From positions 1 through 54,468 of the forward strand of contig NW_005434599.1 in the NCBI RefSeq assembly GCF_000315625.1: a DNA stretch of 54,468 bases. The letters run 5' to 3'. The translations under genes and the position numbers were made by a program. The DNA is from Guillardia theta CCMP2712 (taxonomy: Eukaryota; Protista; Cryptophyta). Positions 8,498 to 22,454 of the stretch are shown here, in pieces. The notes beneath the pieces were generated by a model. It saw only the letters and a program-made list of their open reading frames with translations. It had not been told where the DNA came from and ran no database searches. Each line of letters starts with the position of its first letter. Position 1 is the first letter of the stretch.

Positions 8498-10303
8498 ATG
8501 AGCAGCAAGATGAACTTGGTGCGAGCCCTGTGGAAGGCTGCACTGATAGCTTTCATCGCATCAAGTTATGTTGAAGGCAAGAAGAAGGTTTACCTCGCAC
8601 AGAAGGAGCGAAAGGGCCTTACTCACAGGGCCCCGGTCCCTGTCCCCACGACGGTGCAGCAGTTCAAACCCGTTCCTCTCTTTGTCATGCTGCCCTTGGA
8701 CACTGTGCATGAGGAAGGGGGAAAAAGTTTCCTCAGGGAGCCAGAGGTCCTGCGGCGAGACCTCATGCGGCTGCAGAGAGCAGGCGTACAAGGAGTTATG
8801 GTCGACGTTTGGTGGGGGATCGTAGAGCGAGATGGACCAGGCAAGTACGACTGGTCTGCGTACATGGAGCTGGTGAAGATGGTTGCGGAGCTGCGGATGA
8901 AGCTACAGGCTGTGATGAGCTTTCATCAGTGCGGAGGGAACATCGGAGACGCCTGCTTCATCCCCCTGCCCAAATGGGTGCTGGAGATCGGAGACTTCAA
9001 TCCCAACATCTTTTACACTGACATGTCCCTGAACCGCAATCGGGAGTACGTCTCACTTGGAGCAGATGAGGAGAAGATCTTCTATGGGCGATCGCCTCTG
9101 GACATGTACGAGGACTTCATGCACAGCTTCGCCACCACCTTTGCTCACTTCATCCCCAACGTTGTCATCGAGGCTCAGATCGGCCTCGGGCCTGCAGGAG
9201 AGTTGCGCTACCCCTCCTACCCCCTCGCCTTCTGGAACTTCCCCGGCGTCGGTCAGTTCCAGTGCTACGACAAGTACATGAGGAGAGATCTGATCAGAGC
9301 AGCCGTGCGTGCTAAGAAGCCCGAGTGGGGGCTTACCTGGCCCCCGCATGCGGATCAGGTCGGCAACTACAACTACTCCTCGGAGCATACGGAATTCTTC
9401 AAGGACGACGGGCTGTGGCAGACTGAGGCCGGTGCGTTCTTCCTCGAATGGTACTCCAACTCGCTGCTTCGGCATGGGGACAAGGTTCTTGCGCGAGCAA
9501 GGAGGGCGTTCAAGAGCACCAACATCCTCCTGGCTGCCAAGGTTGCAGGGATCCACTGGGGCAGCAAGACTAAGAGCCATGCGCCGGAGCTGACGGCTGG
9601 ATACTTCAACACTTGCAAGCGCGACGGCTACAAACCCATCGCTGAGATGTTTGCGAAGCATCGGGTGATGTTCGACTTCACGTGCCTTGAGATGAAGAAC
9701 GAGGACCTGCCGGACTGGGCCCGCTCTGCCCCTGTCGACCTCGTGGAGCACACGAGGAGGGCGGCGGATCGTGCAGGCTGCCTGTACGCAGGAGAGAACG
9801 CTCTCCCCCGCTTCGACCGGCAGGGCTTCGAGCAGATCATCAGGCAGTGCGCGCATCGGAGTGGGAGCATCGCGTCTTTCACGTACCTGCGGCTGGGGGA
9901 GCATATGATGGACTCGGAGCACAACTGGCTGGAATTCGTGAGGTTCGCTAAGGAGATGCAGATAGGATGCAACATCCGGACGTGGAACGCTCCTCCTCGC
10001 TCCCGCCAGTCTCGCCGCGTCGTCGACACCCACGTCCACATCCCCGAGTCCTCCCTCTCCTCCATCTTCGAGTTCGGAGGGACGCAGCTCTACACTCCTG
10101 CCGGTGCTCCTACCAAGACCTCCTCCCCGGATGCGCTCGTCACTGGCGACCTCCCCGAGCCCCGCGTCCCTCGCGTCAGGCCCGGTGTTCAGGCAGGGAC
10201 GACGGCAGGAAGGAACGGAGTGCCAAACCAGGGCAAGCAGACGATTCACATGCTGCCCAAGGTGTCGACACCTGTGCTGACTGGAGAAAGGTTCGTGCTG
10301 TAG
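8498..10303 (+). CDS. beta-amylase (GH14) with N-terminal signal peptide, single exon
   Basis: VPLFVMLPLD, GVMVDVWWGIVE, SFHQCGGNIGD, GLGPAGELRYPSY, AGENAL, FTYLRL. Confidence 0.96.
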   Translation: MSSKMNLVRALWKAALIAFIASSYVEGKKKVYLAQKERKGLTHRAPVPVPTTVQQFKPVPLFVMLPLDTVHEEGGKSFLREPEVLRRDLMRLQRAGVQGVMVDVWWGIVERDGPGKYDWSAYMELVKMVAELRMKLQAVMSFHQCGGNIGDACFIPLPKWVLEIGDFNPNIFYTDMSLNRNREYVSLGADEEKIFYGRSPLDMYEDFMHSFATTFAHFIPNVVIEAQIGLGPAGELRYPSYPLAFWNFPGVGQFQCYDKYMRRDLIRAAVRAKKPEWGLTWPPHADQVGNYNYSSEHTEFFKDDGLWQTEAGAFFLEWYSNSLLRHGDKVLARARRAFKSTNILLAAKVAGIHWGSKTKSHAPELTAGYFNTCKRDGYKPIAEMFAKHRVMFDFTCLEMKNEDLPDWARSAPVDLVEHTRRAADRAGCLYAGENALPRFDRQGFEQIIRQCAHRSGSIASFTYLRLGEHMMDSEHNWLEFVRFAKEMQIGCNIRTWNAPPRSRQSRRVVDTHVHIPESSLSSIFEFGGTQLYTPAGAPTKTSSPDALVTGDLPEPRVPRVRPGVQAGTTAGRNGVPNQGKQTIHMLPKVSTPVLTGERFVL

Positions 10304-11209
10304 GCGACAGACGAAACCCAGGCTCCCTCCATAGTCGTGACTTTCTCTCCCCGTGTTCTTCTTCTCTCCCTGACTTAGAGTTTTTTGTTTCATCCCGTGT
10401 AAGATTACCTAATGCCTTGAACTGCCGAGTGTTTCAAAGTTTGGCTAATTCAACGGTGTGCCGGCAGCTGGCAGCGGCCCGGAAGGTCCGGGCCCGCTCA
10501 GCCGGGCTGATCCCCGAAGCCTCCGACTCCTGAGTGACGGCGCCGCCCGAGTTCCGAACTCCGTGACCGGTTAAGAGGGGGGGTGGGGAGGGGGTTCGGT
10601 CTATGGGTAGTCGAAGTAGGGGTCCCGGAAGGCAATTCTAGCGGTCTGCGGGTATTAAGTAGGGGTCAATAGCCCCAGAAAAGGAGGGGTACTGTCACCG
10701 TTGATATGCCGCTGCCGAATCAAACATGTCAACTTTGAGGAGAATCGTTATCAAAACTACAAGTATTTTAAAAGGTGTCTTTTGTACCAGTTGATAGGCA
10801 AATTAAGAAATACTAGCGACTGGTCCTACCTCCAACTATGACCACCTAGAGGAACCTTTTGTGCCCGACCGTATACAGAAAGACTTCCATGGTACAAACA
10901 TTTTCAGTACAGATGCTTTAATAAGTTTTAAAAAGGTACTCAACCGGCTCGGGCATCGGAATCGCTACCAGATCCCCGTCTTGACCCTCAACCGATCAAC
11001 CCCACCCCCGTAATCAGCACCCACCCCAGCTAATATCATGGTTCTTTAAGGTTATAAGTACCGGTAGTTGATCACCCCATCTGGTGTTCCTTACGTACCA
11101 CCGTACCCCATCACCCCTGTTTTCTTCACTGCCGCACTGCCTAATGGCGCGGTATGGCGAAACCGTGGTGATCACAGCCGATCTGATCGGGGGAGATGGG
11201 CAGGGAGTC

Positions 11210-12870
11210 ATGAGCAGGAGCACAGTGTATGAGGAGAGAATGATCCTCAAGGCAGGAGAGAGACGCGACCAGCAGCTTCTCTTCCTGCCTGACCGAGATA
11301 CTCCTCAGGCCCTGCACTCTCGACCGAGCGACGAATCCCAGCTCGAAGTTGTTTGCCGCAGAAACTATCCGACTGAGCTCGCCGACCAGGCAGAGATCTC
11401 TAGTCCTGAACAAACTTCAACTCCAGTGAGACAGAGTCTTCCAGCTCGCTTAACAGGGCCGCTTTCTAGCTCAAAGAATCTGGATAACGAGTCTCTTGCC
11501 ATCGAATCAAGGTTGTTCCATGAGTGCACGGGACAGCCGTCTCCTGTCTTCGTCAACCTTGAGGTCATAGACCTACAAATCGACGAGGAGGAGAGTTTTC
11601 AACAAGTCAACGATGCTGGGCTGGTGCTCGGTCCAGTCGTGCACAACCAAACCTGGGATGGTATCGATGTGGATGGTACGAGAACGTCGAGTATGGACGA
11701 TAGCATGAGCGAGCTAATCGCTGCCAACGAGCGACAGAGAGAGGATCGGATAGTCAGAGATGATACACAACCCAACGAGAAGCTGCTGAGGTATTGACCC
11801 ACCTTGTTGTGACTTGCTTTTGTCCCCTTCTATTGCCTTGTAGTGTTGTCAACATTCTGACGTCTCTTGCTGCTAGTCTGCTCCGCCAGGACAGAGAGCT
11901 CGAGCTGAAACTTGTATCTTACGGAAGGACATATCACATCTTGAATATGGCTCTTCCAGAGTTCGTCGAGGATGCTCCATTGGGCATCAGCAAATTTTCG
12001 TCGTATCCTCCTCCTCATCAACATCAACATCAACAGAACATCTCACTAGAGCCTCCAACACTCCGACGACCTGCAAACTCTGAGCAGAGCTCCAGCAAGG
12101 CTATGAGTCAACTGCCCGCTCGCCTCACTCTCGATCGCTACCCGAAACTCGCAGTCTTGCTCGACGATGTCAAGGCCAAGGTGTGTAGTGTGTGGGAGGA
12201 GCAAGAGACGATTTCTGACTTGTCTTGCAACAGATCGATGCTGTCCGACGGAAGAAGTCGAAAGTGACAGAGGAGATCAACTTGCTGCACAAGGCAAGGC
12301 ACGAGTTCTACGAGACGCTGAAGAGTGCGAGGTGAAGACCTTGCGGGCCCTTGACCGTCCTGACCGTGCGAGCGCAGAGGAGCAGGAGGGGACAGGACGA
12401 ACAAGCTCTCCCCGACCACCAGTGAGGCCTCTAGCAGCTCCACCAACATCCATCCTCCTCACCTGAAAGCTGAGCACGAGGAGACGCACGAAGTGCTGTC
12501 GCAGTCGATGATGGAGCTGGCGGATGTAGAACTGTTTCCTCGAGGCGGGAAGCAGCAGGAAGAGCAGGAGGAGCAAGCGAAGGGACCGCGCTCCTGCCCT
12601 CCCAAGATCAGGCATGCTGCTCCGTCCAGGTTCTCGACCGGAGACTTCTTGCTGGAGATGGAGAGCTGGGAGGCGGAAGATACCAAGCTGCCTGCCTTCA
12701 TGGAGCAGCAGGGCCTCACGAGGATCCGCGTGCCTCGACGAGCTGAGACGCGCAGCATGCCGGCGAGCAGCAGCATAAAGGAGGCACCGGACGAGCCCAT
12801 GGCGGCGCTGGGGAGCCTGGGGAAGCTCCTTGCGCGGGTACTGATGACGCCAAGGACAACAAAAGCGTGA
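11210..12870 (+). CDS. hypothetical protein, multi-exon
   Basis: Long ORFs 11084-11797, 11794-12267 and 12493-12870 can be joined through GT-AG introns near 11791-11889, 12181-12233 and 12331-12377; no recognisable domain; start uncertain. Confidence 0.5.
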
Positions 12871-12932
12871 AGAGGAGGGGGAGCAGGAGGAGCAGGAGCA
12901 GATTTTTGTGTAAAGTATGAAGAGACTGGAAG

Positions 12933-15900
12933 TTACAAGCATGACTGGACGGGAAGGGACCCGTGCTGCTCTATAGCTGTGATGGTCTGGTGGACAGTCA
13001 GAGAAGGATAAGCAAAGAAGAAGTTGAAAAGGAAAGAAGACAGGCAGGCAGACACAGAGGAAGGGACAGGGACAGGGACAGGGACAGAGGGATAAGAATC
13101 AAAGAAGTTGATGGGATGGGAAGGAAAGTCACCTCGGTTGGGATCTTATCGAGCAGCATGCGCAAACTTTTGTCGACCTCCTCCTCCTCCTCTCCTTCCA
13201 GCACCACAATCGTCTTGTAAGGAGAGTTGTCGAAGTAAGGATAGGACCCTATCTCCACGAGTCCCGCAAACTTCTGCTTCTGGTGTCAACGGCCTCCTCC
13301 TCCTCCTTCCCCCCCCCCCCCCCTTCCCCTCCCCTTCCCCCTCCCCTTCCTTCCCCTTCTCCTCCCCATCCATTCCGCACCCCCGCTTCAATTCCGCCCT
13401 CCCACGTTTCCTCCTCCTTTCCTCCCAGCACCTCTGCCACTTCCCCCAGCAGGTCGGTTAGCCTTGGCTCGTCAAGAGTGCAACGGATCTGAAGAATCCT
13501 TGTCAAAACATCTCCAACTCCTCGTCGTCCTCAGCATCATCTCACTTGTTTCGCATGAAACTGCCGGCCAGCGCATTGCATTGACTGCTTGATCTGTGGG
13601 AAGCGATTCACTCCTCCCCTTGCTCCCCTCCCCCGACTTCCTCCCTCCCTCTCATTCATCTTCTCCTCCCTCCTCTCGTCACCATCTGCCCGGCATGCGC
13701 AAGTTGCTGCCGCATGAACTGCGGTACACCTGCCATCGCCATCAGCGCGCGTGAAGCTCGCTCCTCTCATGCCTGGGAGCATGTACACGTTGCGGCATCG
13801 CAGCAGGGGATATTTCTTCCCCTCCTCCAGCAGCAGCTCCGTCCCCTTCGGCAGACTGCACATCTTACAGGTGTCCCATGGCGACCTGCGCTGAGTTAGA
13901 AAAGATGGAGCAGAGAGAAGAACAGTGGAGGGAAGAGACGGCTAGGACGAGAGAGGAAGGAGATGCTGCGAGACTGGGGAAGATAGTGAGGAGAGGGGAG
14001 GAAGAGAGAAGAAGGTTGAGGGGTGAGGTGCGTTTTCAAGCGTAGCAGGGAGGAGACGGTGGAGTTTGTCGTGCCTGCTCCCTTGCGACTGCTGTTGGTC
14101 CTCCTTGTTGAATTCAGCCTGCTTCCAGGATGAGGAAAACTGAACACAAAGCGGCAGCGGCAGCGGCAGCGGCAGCGGCAGCTGTTCTCTCCGTTGGTGC
14201 TGTTCACCTTCAGGTTGGCAAGAAGTCTCTGCATCTCATCGCTCTCAGCCATTTCAACTCCGAGACCTGAAGGCTCGCGTGACAAACTTGTTCAATACAA
14301 TCCAAAGGAATGCACTGCCCTCCTCCTCCTCCTCATGCGCTTCCTCGTCCTCTTCATCCTCCTCCTCCTCCTCCTCCTCATGAGCTTCCTCGTCCTCTTC
14401 ATCCTCCTCCTCCTCCTCCTCCTCATGCGCTTCCTCGTCCTCGTCCTCCTCCTCCTCCTCCTCCTCCTGCCTCTCATCAACACTATCACGACTGCTAGTA
14501 CAACTGCCGCCTCTTGTCCTTCAACTCCGCCTCCATACTCTCAACTGGTCAACCTTGTCCAACAGCCTCCAGCGTCAGATCGTCGTGAGTTGGTCCGATA
14601 CCTTCGACATGTCAAGCAGGAGCAGCAAGTCGTCTTAGACGCACCTCCCATCGTGATCACAGCCATGTGGTGAGAGCTGCTTGTTAAACAAGGTGAGGAG
14701 GAGGACGAGGAGGACGAGGAGGACGAGGAGGGGAGCTGATGTGAACAAGCACCTGTACTCCCTCACAGCGTCTGCTATCAGTTGAATCTCATCGGGGATG
14801 ACGAGGACCTGTCAGGGAGACGTGAGAACGATCAGACAAGCTCGTCCAGATGCTCACTCGTGCTACTGAGATGCCGAGGCCGTGGAGGTACTTGCAGGCA
14901 CAGCTGGTATTCGAGTCCTGGGGGAGAGGAGAGGAGGAGGATACGAGGAAGAGGATGAAGGAGATGTAAGAGGCATGAGGGTAAGAAGACAAGAGGAGTC
15001 AATCAAACGAAAATACGGAAACAAGGTAAAGGAGCAGACATCAAAAGGCGAAGGTGGGAGTGGAGCAGGAACAGGAGGAGGAGGATAGACCCACCTGTAT
15101 CTTTCCCGTCAAAACTTCATTTCCTATTGTGATCAGCGCGACTGAGCATGGCTTGAAGTGCGACGCTCCTCTTCTCGTCACTGTGCTCGTCCCCGCCGTC
15201 TCCTTGCGCGCATGTCGCTCCATATGTTGCTCGGACCTGTAGCGCAAGGAGACACAAGGGGGAGCGAGACCAGTCAGGCGCATCCCTGGAGCAGCGGAGG
15301 ACTCACTCGAGGAGCTGGAGCTGGTGGGCAGGCAGGTAGCTCCCGTCCCGCTGCCTCAGCATGTGGTTCTTGTCGGTGTTGTGCTTGCCCCCGAGGGAGG
15401 TGTAGCCGCTTCATCAACAGCTCCTGTCAGTCTCCGATCATGCCGTCTCTCCCCCTCCCCGCACCAGTCATAGAGCTTGCAGTATGGGATGCTGAACTGC
15501 AGAAGAAAACTCCAGATGTCTGCGTAGTGCCAGTAGAGGATGGGATGAATCCGCATGAAGGAGGGCCATCCTGCGGTGCCTGCGTCTCCTGTCAGCCATG
15601 GAGGGAGGCGAGAAGGTCTCGCTAGACTCACTCGGGGAAAATTTCTCCACCGTGTGTCCATGGCTGGCTCGACGTCAGAAGAGTAATGGCAAAGTGGCAG
15701 GAGAGCGAAACAAGTTTCACAGAAGAGAGGCAAGGAGACACGAGTAGAGGAGACAACAGGATGAAGATGAACAACTCAGAAGCAAGAACAACTCAGAAGC
15801 AAGAACAACTCAGAAGCAAGAACAACTCAGAAGCAAGAACAACTCAGAAGCAAGAACGACTCAGAAGCAAGAACAAGTTGCCAGCCTCATGGGATATCGA

Positions 15901-16437
15901 TTCTTGCACTCACGGATCCGATTTGCGAGTCCCGAGGAAGAAAGCTTTCGTTCCGAAGTTGTCGATCATGTGCGCGCAGCTATGGCGTGGACAAGAAGTC
16001 ATGTCAAGACAAGACCTTGAGAAAACAAGTCGGATTCACCCATCTTTGTATCCAGTTTTCAGTCGAATGATGCGAAGGTGAAACTGTTCCTGGCATTGCC
16101 GTATGAACTCCTCCACCTCTTCGAAGCATTCTTCATCTTCGAAGTACACACACGCCAGCTCTTCCATGCTCTCCCATCTCTCGTTCATGCTTGCGATCCC
16201 TGCCATCACCAAGTGCAGCAGAACCGTAGCATCTTTACCGCCATTGAAGCTTATCGCCATTTCTTTTGGCTCATAGAGTCTCAGTGCTGCTTGAATCGTG
16301 TCCATCGCCTCCTTGCACTTCTTCATCATCGAGTCACTTACTCCTACAGTTTCTGCATGTAACTTCTTCTCCTCCTTTTCCTCCCTCTCCTTCCTCGCGA
16401 TCGCCTCCAAGAGTGCCGCCCCTGCCATGAACGCCAT
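12933..16437 (-). CDS. FLAD1: bifunctional FAD synthase (PAPS-reductase-like FMN adenylyltransferase plus C-terminal molybdopterin-binding/CinA-like domain), multi-exon
   Basis: [70 protein letters not shown]; spliced last exon ends ...VQSCL* at 12933. Confidence 0.88.
15770..15876. repeat. 17-bp minisatellite (AACAACTCAGAAGCAAG) x ~6 in an FAD synthase intron
   Basis: Direct inspection. Confidence 0.85.
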
Positions 16438-17302
16438 CGGGAACTTTCGCTAGTCTTTTTTTAGTTTTTGTTTCTTTTACACTTCACCCAGGCGGTGTAA
16501 AAGGCGGGCTGCTGATATCATCATCAAGTTCACTGAGTCACGGTGCCGGCGGCCGCGGGTCGCTGAACTCCCCGGGCCCCGTTGGTGGGGTCGAGCGTCG
16601 CCCTGGATTTGTAGAGCGCGGAGAGGTGACGGAGCACAAGTGAAAGTTGTTAGACTTGCACTGTGCCAAAGTAATGCATAGTTGCAACAAGACAATTTTC
16701 AAGTTTTGCTCAAGGCCCAGACGCATCCGGTCCGATCCAGGATCTTTGGTCAGCTCAAAGAGTCAGTGGTTTTCGCTGTCTTTTCTCTTCTCGCCGTATG
16801 GCCTGTGCGAGCCGCCGCACGCGGAATTGTCCGCTTCACGGAGGGTTTCTGGCACTCGTTCCGAAGTTCCGAGTTCGCGGGGGGGCAGCGATCGGAGTGA
16901 CTGTGAAAGAGTGACGGCCCACCGTCTGGCACGGTGATCGGACCGTACGGTGACGGCGCGGCGAGTCCTGCGCCCCGCGGCCGCCGCCGGCCGCCCAGGC
17001 CGCCGGGCATCTTATCCGTTACAATGGTACATATGAAGTAACGTTCGGCCATGTCACGCAATTATGAGCTTCGCCACTAGGCGGTGTACGAGGCCTGACA
17101 GAGAAGAAGTGGAGAGGGGAGGGGGAGAGAGGCAGTGAAGGGAGGGGAGGAGAGGGAAGGGGGGGAAGGGAGGGAAGGAGAGGGAGGGTGGGAGGTATGA
17201 ACCGAGTCCTCACGACATCACATGAACAGAGTTAGCTTTTCTTGGCTGTATGTTTTTTCTCTTAACAACGACACGAGCTTCGAACCTCACGATACATGGC
17301 AG

Positions 17303-17885
17303 ATGGGGAATCAGAGCAGCTCGGGTGCAGGGGATGGGCTGGAAGGAAGGGACGTTCGGCAACTTGATCAGCGAGTTTCCGCTGCCCTTGCGAGGGGAGT
17401 GAAGTATAATATGAAGATCCTGATTCGAGGAGAGGTCAGTGGCGGGTAGGGTTTGAGACAGCGGAGTCACTTGTTGTCGATGCAGCGACATGCGGGGAAA
17501 ACGCAACTGCTGCGGAGACTGCAAGGTTTGGAGTTCGATACGAACTACGTCGCTACTCCAGAGATCACGACGGCCCACATGATATGGAACTGTTCAGGTT
17601 TTGCTTGACCGACATGTTAATTTCCTGCCTGTTTGACGGTGCAAACTTTAGAAACCGATGAGAATGTCAAGGTGGAGTTTTGGGATGTGAGAGAAGAGAG
17701 CTTGAAGAGGCAGGGTGAAGAGCTAACGAGCTGTTTGCAGGTAGTAGACAAGGGCATTCAGCCGCAATCAGTGAGTCACATCACTGCTGATGCACGTGCT
17801 GACTTGTCCGACTTGAGGTGTTTGCCGGGGTCACGTCAGGCTCCGGAGATGTGAACGAGAAAGAGATTCAAAATGTAAGACAGCT

Positions 17886-17965
<80 letters not shown>

Positions 17966-20420
17966 CATCTCGCAATTGCTCAGCGCGCCTGTCTTGCCAC
18001 GTGTAATCGTGAAAACAGGTCGTCCTTCTCGATGCTTCTACAATCAATGTCTACAGAGGGTGAAATATCACTGCTCCCTTGCCTCCTCTCCTCTCCTCTC
18101 CTCTCCTCTCCTCTCCTCTCCTCTCCTCTCCTCTCCTCTCCTCTCCCCTCCCCTCCCCTCCCCTCCCCTCCCCGCCTCTCCTCTTCACTCATGTATTCCT
18201 CCTCTCTCCCTCTCCTCTATCTTGCTCCTCTCCACCTCATCCTCACGTCCTCTGCGTGTACCTCTCTCTTCCCGCACTTACCTCCTCCTGCCCCTCATTC
18301 TTTGCTCACCACCGCTCGTGCCTCGCAGGTGTGACGGAGTTATCGTTTGCTACGACCCGACGAGCCCCAAATCTCTCGCCTACGTGAAGAGCATCATAGA
18401 GGAAGGTGAGAGGCTCGAAGAGGAGGAGCAGGAAGAGGATTTCAAGGATAGAAAGAGATGGATGGAGAGAACGAGGATGAGGAAGAGATTGAAGAGGGGA
18501 GGGGGAGAGGAGGAGGAGGAAGAGAGGCATGACACGCTGTTAACAGTGGAAGTTGATATCCCCATCCTTATCTGCGTCACTTTCACGGACAAGAGGAAGG
18601 AGCACAAGCTGCCGGAGGAGGTGAGACTCCTGGCAGCAGAAAGCAGTCGCTGATGGCAGAGGAGGTCGAGGAGCTCACGGAGCAGAGAGATAAGTGCTGT
18701 GCGATCCAAGTGTGCAGCAAAGACTCGTTCGGTATCGATGAGGTGCCTCCTTTCTCCCCCCCCTTCTCCCCCTTCTGTCCTACTGGTTTCTCCGAGTGAC
18801 CCTCCTTACTTCTCTCCCTCACTTCTCATCTCCATGAATTGACTTCCTCTCCCTTCCCCTCCCTCACGATGCAACTAGGTTCGCAGATTTCTCTCCGTCC
18901 CATTCATGTGCCTTAAGTGAGAACTTTCTTGTACTGCTCGTGCGTTACTGAGGCGGCGCAGGCAACGATATGCCGTGCGGCAGCTCAAGCATGTGAGAAT
19001 GGGGATAGAGAGAGGGAGGAAAGAGGAGGAGGCGTGAAGAGCGATGTGCTACAAAGTGAAGCTTGAACCGAGGGGGGAGGAGGGCGACACAGGGGGCGGA
19101 TAGGAGGAGGGAACGGAACTCAAGGCTCGGGGTCAGCAGAAGGTGGGGAGAAGATTGATGAGATGTGTTGCAGTGCAAGGAGCAGATCGAGGCGACAAGA
19201 CTCAAACTTGACTCCTTCCTCGATACGGTATCCCCTCCTCCCCATCCCACCCAGCAACCCTCCCGCCAGCCACCTCCTTTTCCTCACATTCTCTCCCTCC
19301 CCTCGTCCCTCCCTCCCTGCTCCCTTGCTGGTTCTTCATCATGCACATCTTGCTGCACGTCTCTTCCTCTCTCCTCCCGCTCCTCCTGTTGCCTCTCCTC
19401 CTGTTCCTCCTGTTGCCGCTGTTCCCCTGCTGTTCTGACGTTTCTCACCTTCCAGTTCAACTACGATGTTCATTGCCGCCAGTGGAACATGGGAGGAGCG
19501 CAGATTGCAATGCAGCAGGTGATGAATGTGGAATGAGAAAGAGAAAACAGGCAGCGCACGAGTAAGGGAGTGCAGGTTGACAGACACGAGGAGGAGGAGG
19601 AGGAGGAGGAGGAGGAGGAGGAGGAGGAGGAGGAGGAGGAGGAGAAGGAGGAGGAGGAGGAGGAGGAGGAGGAGGAGGAGGGAGGAGGGTAGGTTGGGTG
19701 GGTGGTNNNNNNNNNNNNNNNNNNNNNNNNNNNNNNNNNNNNNNNNNNNNNNNNNNNNNNNNNNNNNNNNNNNNNNNNNNNNNNNNNNNNNNNNNNNNNN
19801 NNNNNNTCCATCTTCACTCAGTGCTGGTAGAGCCAGCTCTGCTGATCGCCCTCTCGCCACGCCATAGGTGAGCGCGAGCTTCTCCACCGTCACTCAGTCT
19901 GCCTTGGACGGAGCGCAAGCGAGTCGCACTATCTCCCTCTTGTATGCGATGGTCAATCTCTTCGCCCCCCGATCACTTCTCTTTGTGCTTCCAACCGAGG
20001 AGCCGTCGTCATGAATCCGAAGCATCGGGTTTTCCCTCGAGACTCAGGAGAGTCAAGGTCTCCGCGGCAGGAGGATCGTGGAGGTACATCAAGCAAGGAT
20101 CGGATCTGTATTTCTCTCTTGTCAAGCACGAACAAAATTACAAAGCTCCAAGCAGGGCCTGCACCGTGCAATGAGTCGTAGACCAGGACTCCCGAAACGC
20201 GAAGATGCCAGGGGGGGGGGGGGGGTCCGGAACGAAAGAGGCGGACAGAGGCAGAGGAGAGAAGTGGAGGAGACGGGGCTGGTGTTTGGGAAAGGGGGGA
20301 AAGGAAGTAAGAAGAGGCTGGTGCTGATTCTTGATCAGGTTCCCATTGAGAAGCTCATCCTCCCTCCTCGCATCGACGCTAACGCCCCCGACCTGGGGAG
20401 AGAGGCAAGCGAGAACATGA

Positions 20421-20511
<91 letters not shown>

Positions 20512-22454
20512 GCTCCTGCTCCTGCTCCTGCTCGTTCTGGTGTTGGTGGCGCCGCTGAGATTTTTTCAGGTCGCCTCCTTCAGCACAGGGAAGATTGATG
20601 AAAGTTTCTTCAGCTCTGATGATGAAGTGCAACAGCACGTGCAGGTCTGACTCTGTCCTCCCCGCTCCTTTCCCCCTCCTCTTTCCTCCTCTCCTTATCT
20701 CCCTCTCTTCTCCTCCTCCGCTCCATCTCTCCTCTCTCGCCTTGTCTCTTGCTCTCTTCCTCAGCTTTCCCTTGCCCTCCCCAACGCTGACCCGACTGAA
20801 GGTCCTGGGACTTGACTCCGACGAGGATGGCGAGGAAAACACGCGGGGGCTAGGGGAGGGGGAAGGAAGCGAGCTGTCTGAGGAGGTAGACTAGGCTAAA
20901 TCTCTTTTCCCTCCCCCTCCCCCACCTCCTTCCCACTCTCCTTCGTCTGCTCCTTCTCTTCCTCTTTCCCCTCCTCCGACATGACATTCTGCAGGAGGCT
21001 GAGGCCAAGGAGAATGTGAAAGTGGGCAAGGTGGTGGCGGCAGCAGCAGCTACAGCAACCACAACAGCTGCTATAAACAACGTGTTGGAGGAAGAGCCGA
21101 AGAAAGAGCAGGCAGCTACACACCACAGGAAGCATGATGAAGACGATGAGGTTTGAAGTTGTTTTCCCTCCCCCCTCCTGTCCTCCTTCCCCTCCTCTCG
21201 TCCTGCTCCTCTTCTCCTCCTCCTCTTCTTCTCTTCGTCCTCCCTTCCCCCTTCCTCTCCTCTTGTACTCTTGTCCCTTTGGCCTCCTCCTCCCTTCTTC
21301 GCTGACGAGTTTCTTCCAGGAGGCGCTAGCGCGACAGAAGGAACGGGAGCAGAGGCAGAGGCACTTGCGTTTCTTCCTCCTCCTTCACTCTGCTGACGAC
21401 GCACAGGCTGGAGGAGATGAAGAAGCAGCAGGACGCGAAGAAGAAGGCGGAGGAGGAGAGGCTGGCGGGAGAAATGCAGGCATGAAAACCGATTGATTTT
21501 CCCTCCTCGCCGTTTCTCCACCCCGAACTCTCTCTCCAGCATCCTCTCCTTTCCATCTCCTTCCTTCTCCTCCCTCCTGCTTTGTATGCTCTGCTCCGCT
21601 CCTGCCGTGACCCCTTGCTCCTCCTCATCGCAGAGCATGGATGCGGGAGCATTGGATGATGGATTTTTGTCGGACTCGGACGAAGAAAAAGATTCTGAGT
21701 ACGGAGATGAAGTAGGATGGAACGAAGGTGACCTTCCTCCCCCCGTCCCCCCCCCCCTCGCTCCCTCGCTCCCTCGCCCACTTCTCCTCACCCCTTCCCC
21801 CTTTTCCTTCTTCTATCNNNNNNNNNNNNNNNNNNNNNNNNNNNNNNNNNNNNNNNNNNNNNNNNNNNNNNNNNNNNNNNNNNNNNNNNNNNNNNNNNNN
21901 NNNNNNNNNNNNNNNNNTCCTTCCTTTCCTTTCCTCTACCCCCCGTCCCCCCCGTCCCCACCACACACACACACACACACCTTCTCTCAACCTTCTCCTG
22001 CCTTCTTCTCCGTCTCCCTTGCCCTTTCCCAGCCCTCGCTCGTTCTCTACAATCTCTCATTTTCTTCTCTCCCTCCCCCTCCCTCCCTCCCCACTCTCTG
22101 CCCCTTCCCTGCCTCTCCTCGTTTGTTTTACGTCTCTACAGGAAGCGAACAAGCTCCGCAGACTCGCGAGGGTGCGGCAGGAAAAGGAACGACAAGCACG
22201 GGGAAGACCAACGGTGGAGAGAAGAGCAGAGAAACGAAGAAGAGCAAGCACGAGTCATCAGATTCGGACTCTGACGAGAGGTACCTCTTCATCCCATCTC
22301 TTCTCTCTCTTCTCTCATCCCATCTCGTCTCTCACCCGTTCTCCTCCCTCGCCTCCTTGTCCTCGCTCTTCCCGCCTTCTCGCTTCTGTCGGGGCTCATT
22401 TCCAGTGATCCTCGCAGGCCGCACATCATGGGGGACGAGGATCTGAGCGACTGA
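17303..22454 (+). CDS. RABL6: Rab-like protein 6 (RBEL1/PARF) GTPase, many exons, spans two gaps
   Basis: RGVKYNMKILIRGE/RHAGKTQLLRRLQG...PEITTAHMIWN/VKVEFWD/VVDKG/LDASTINVYRG/CDGVIVCYDPT match the RABL6 GTPase domain; acidic/basic low-complexity C-terminus; 3' end approximate. Confidence 0.85.

Noticed and set aside
9053-10393. 446-aa antisense ORF over beta-amylase (also 23568-24476)
   Set aside because: Shadow ORFs caused by GC-rich codon usage
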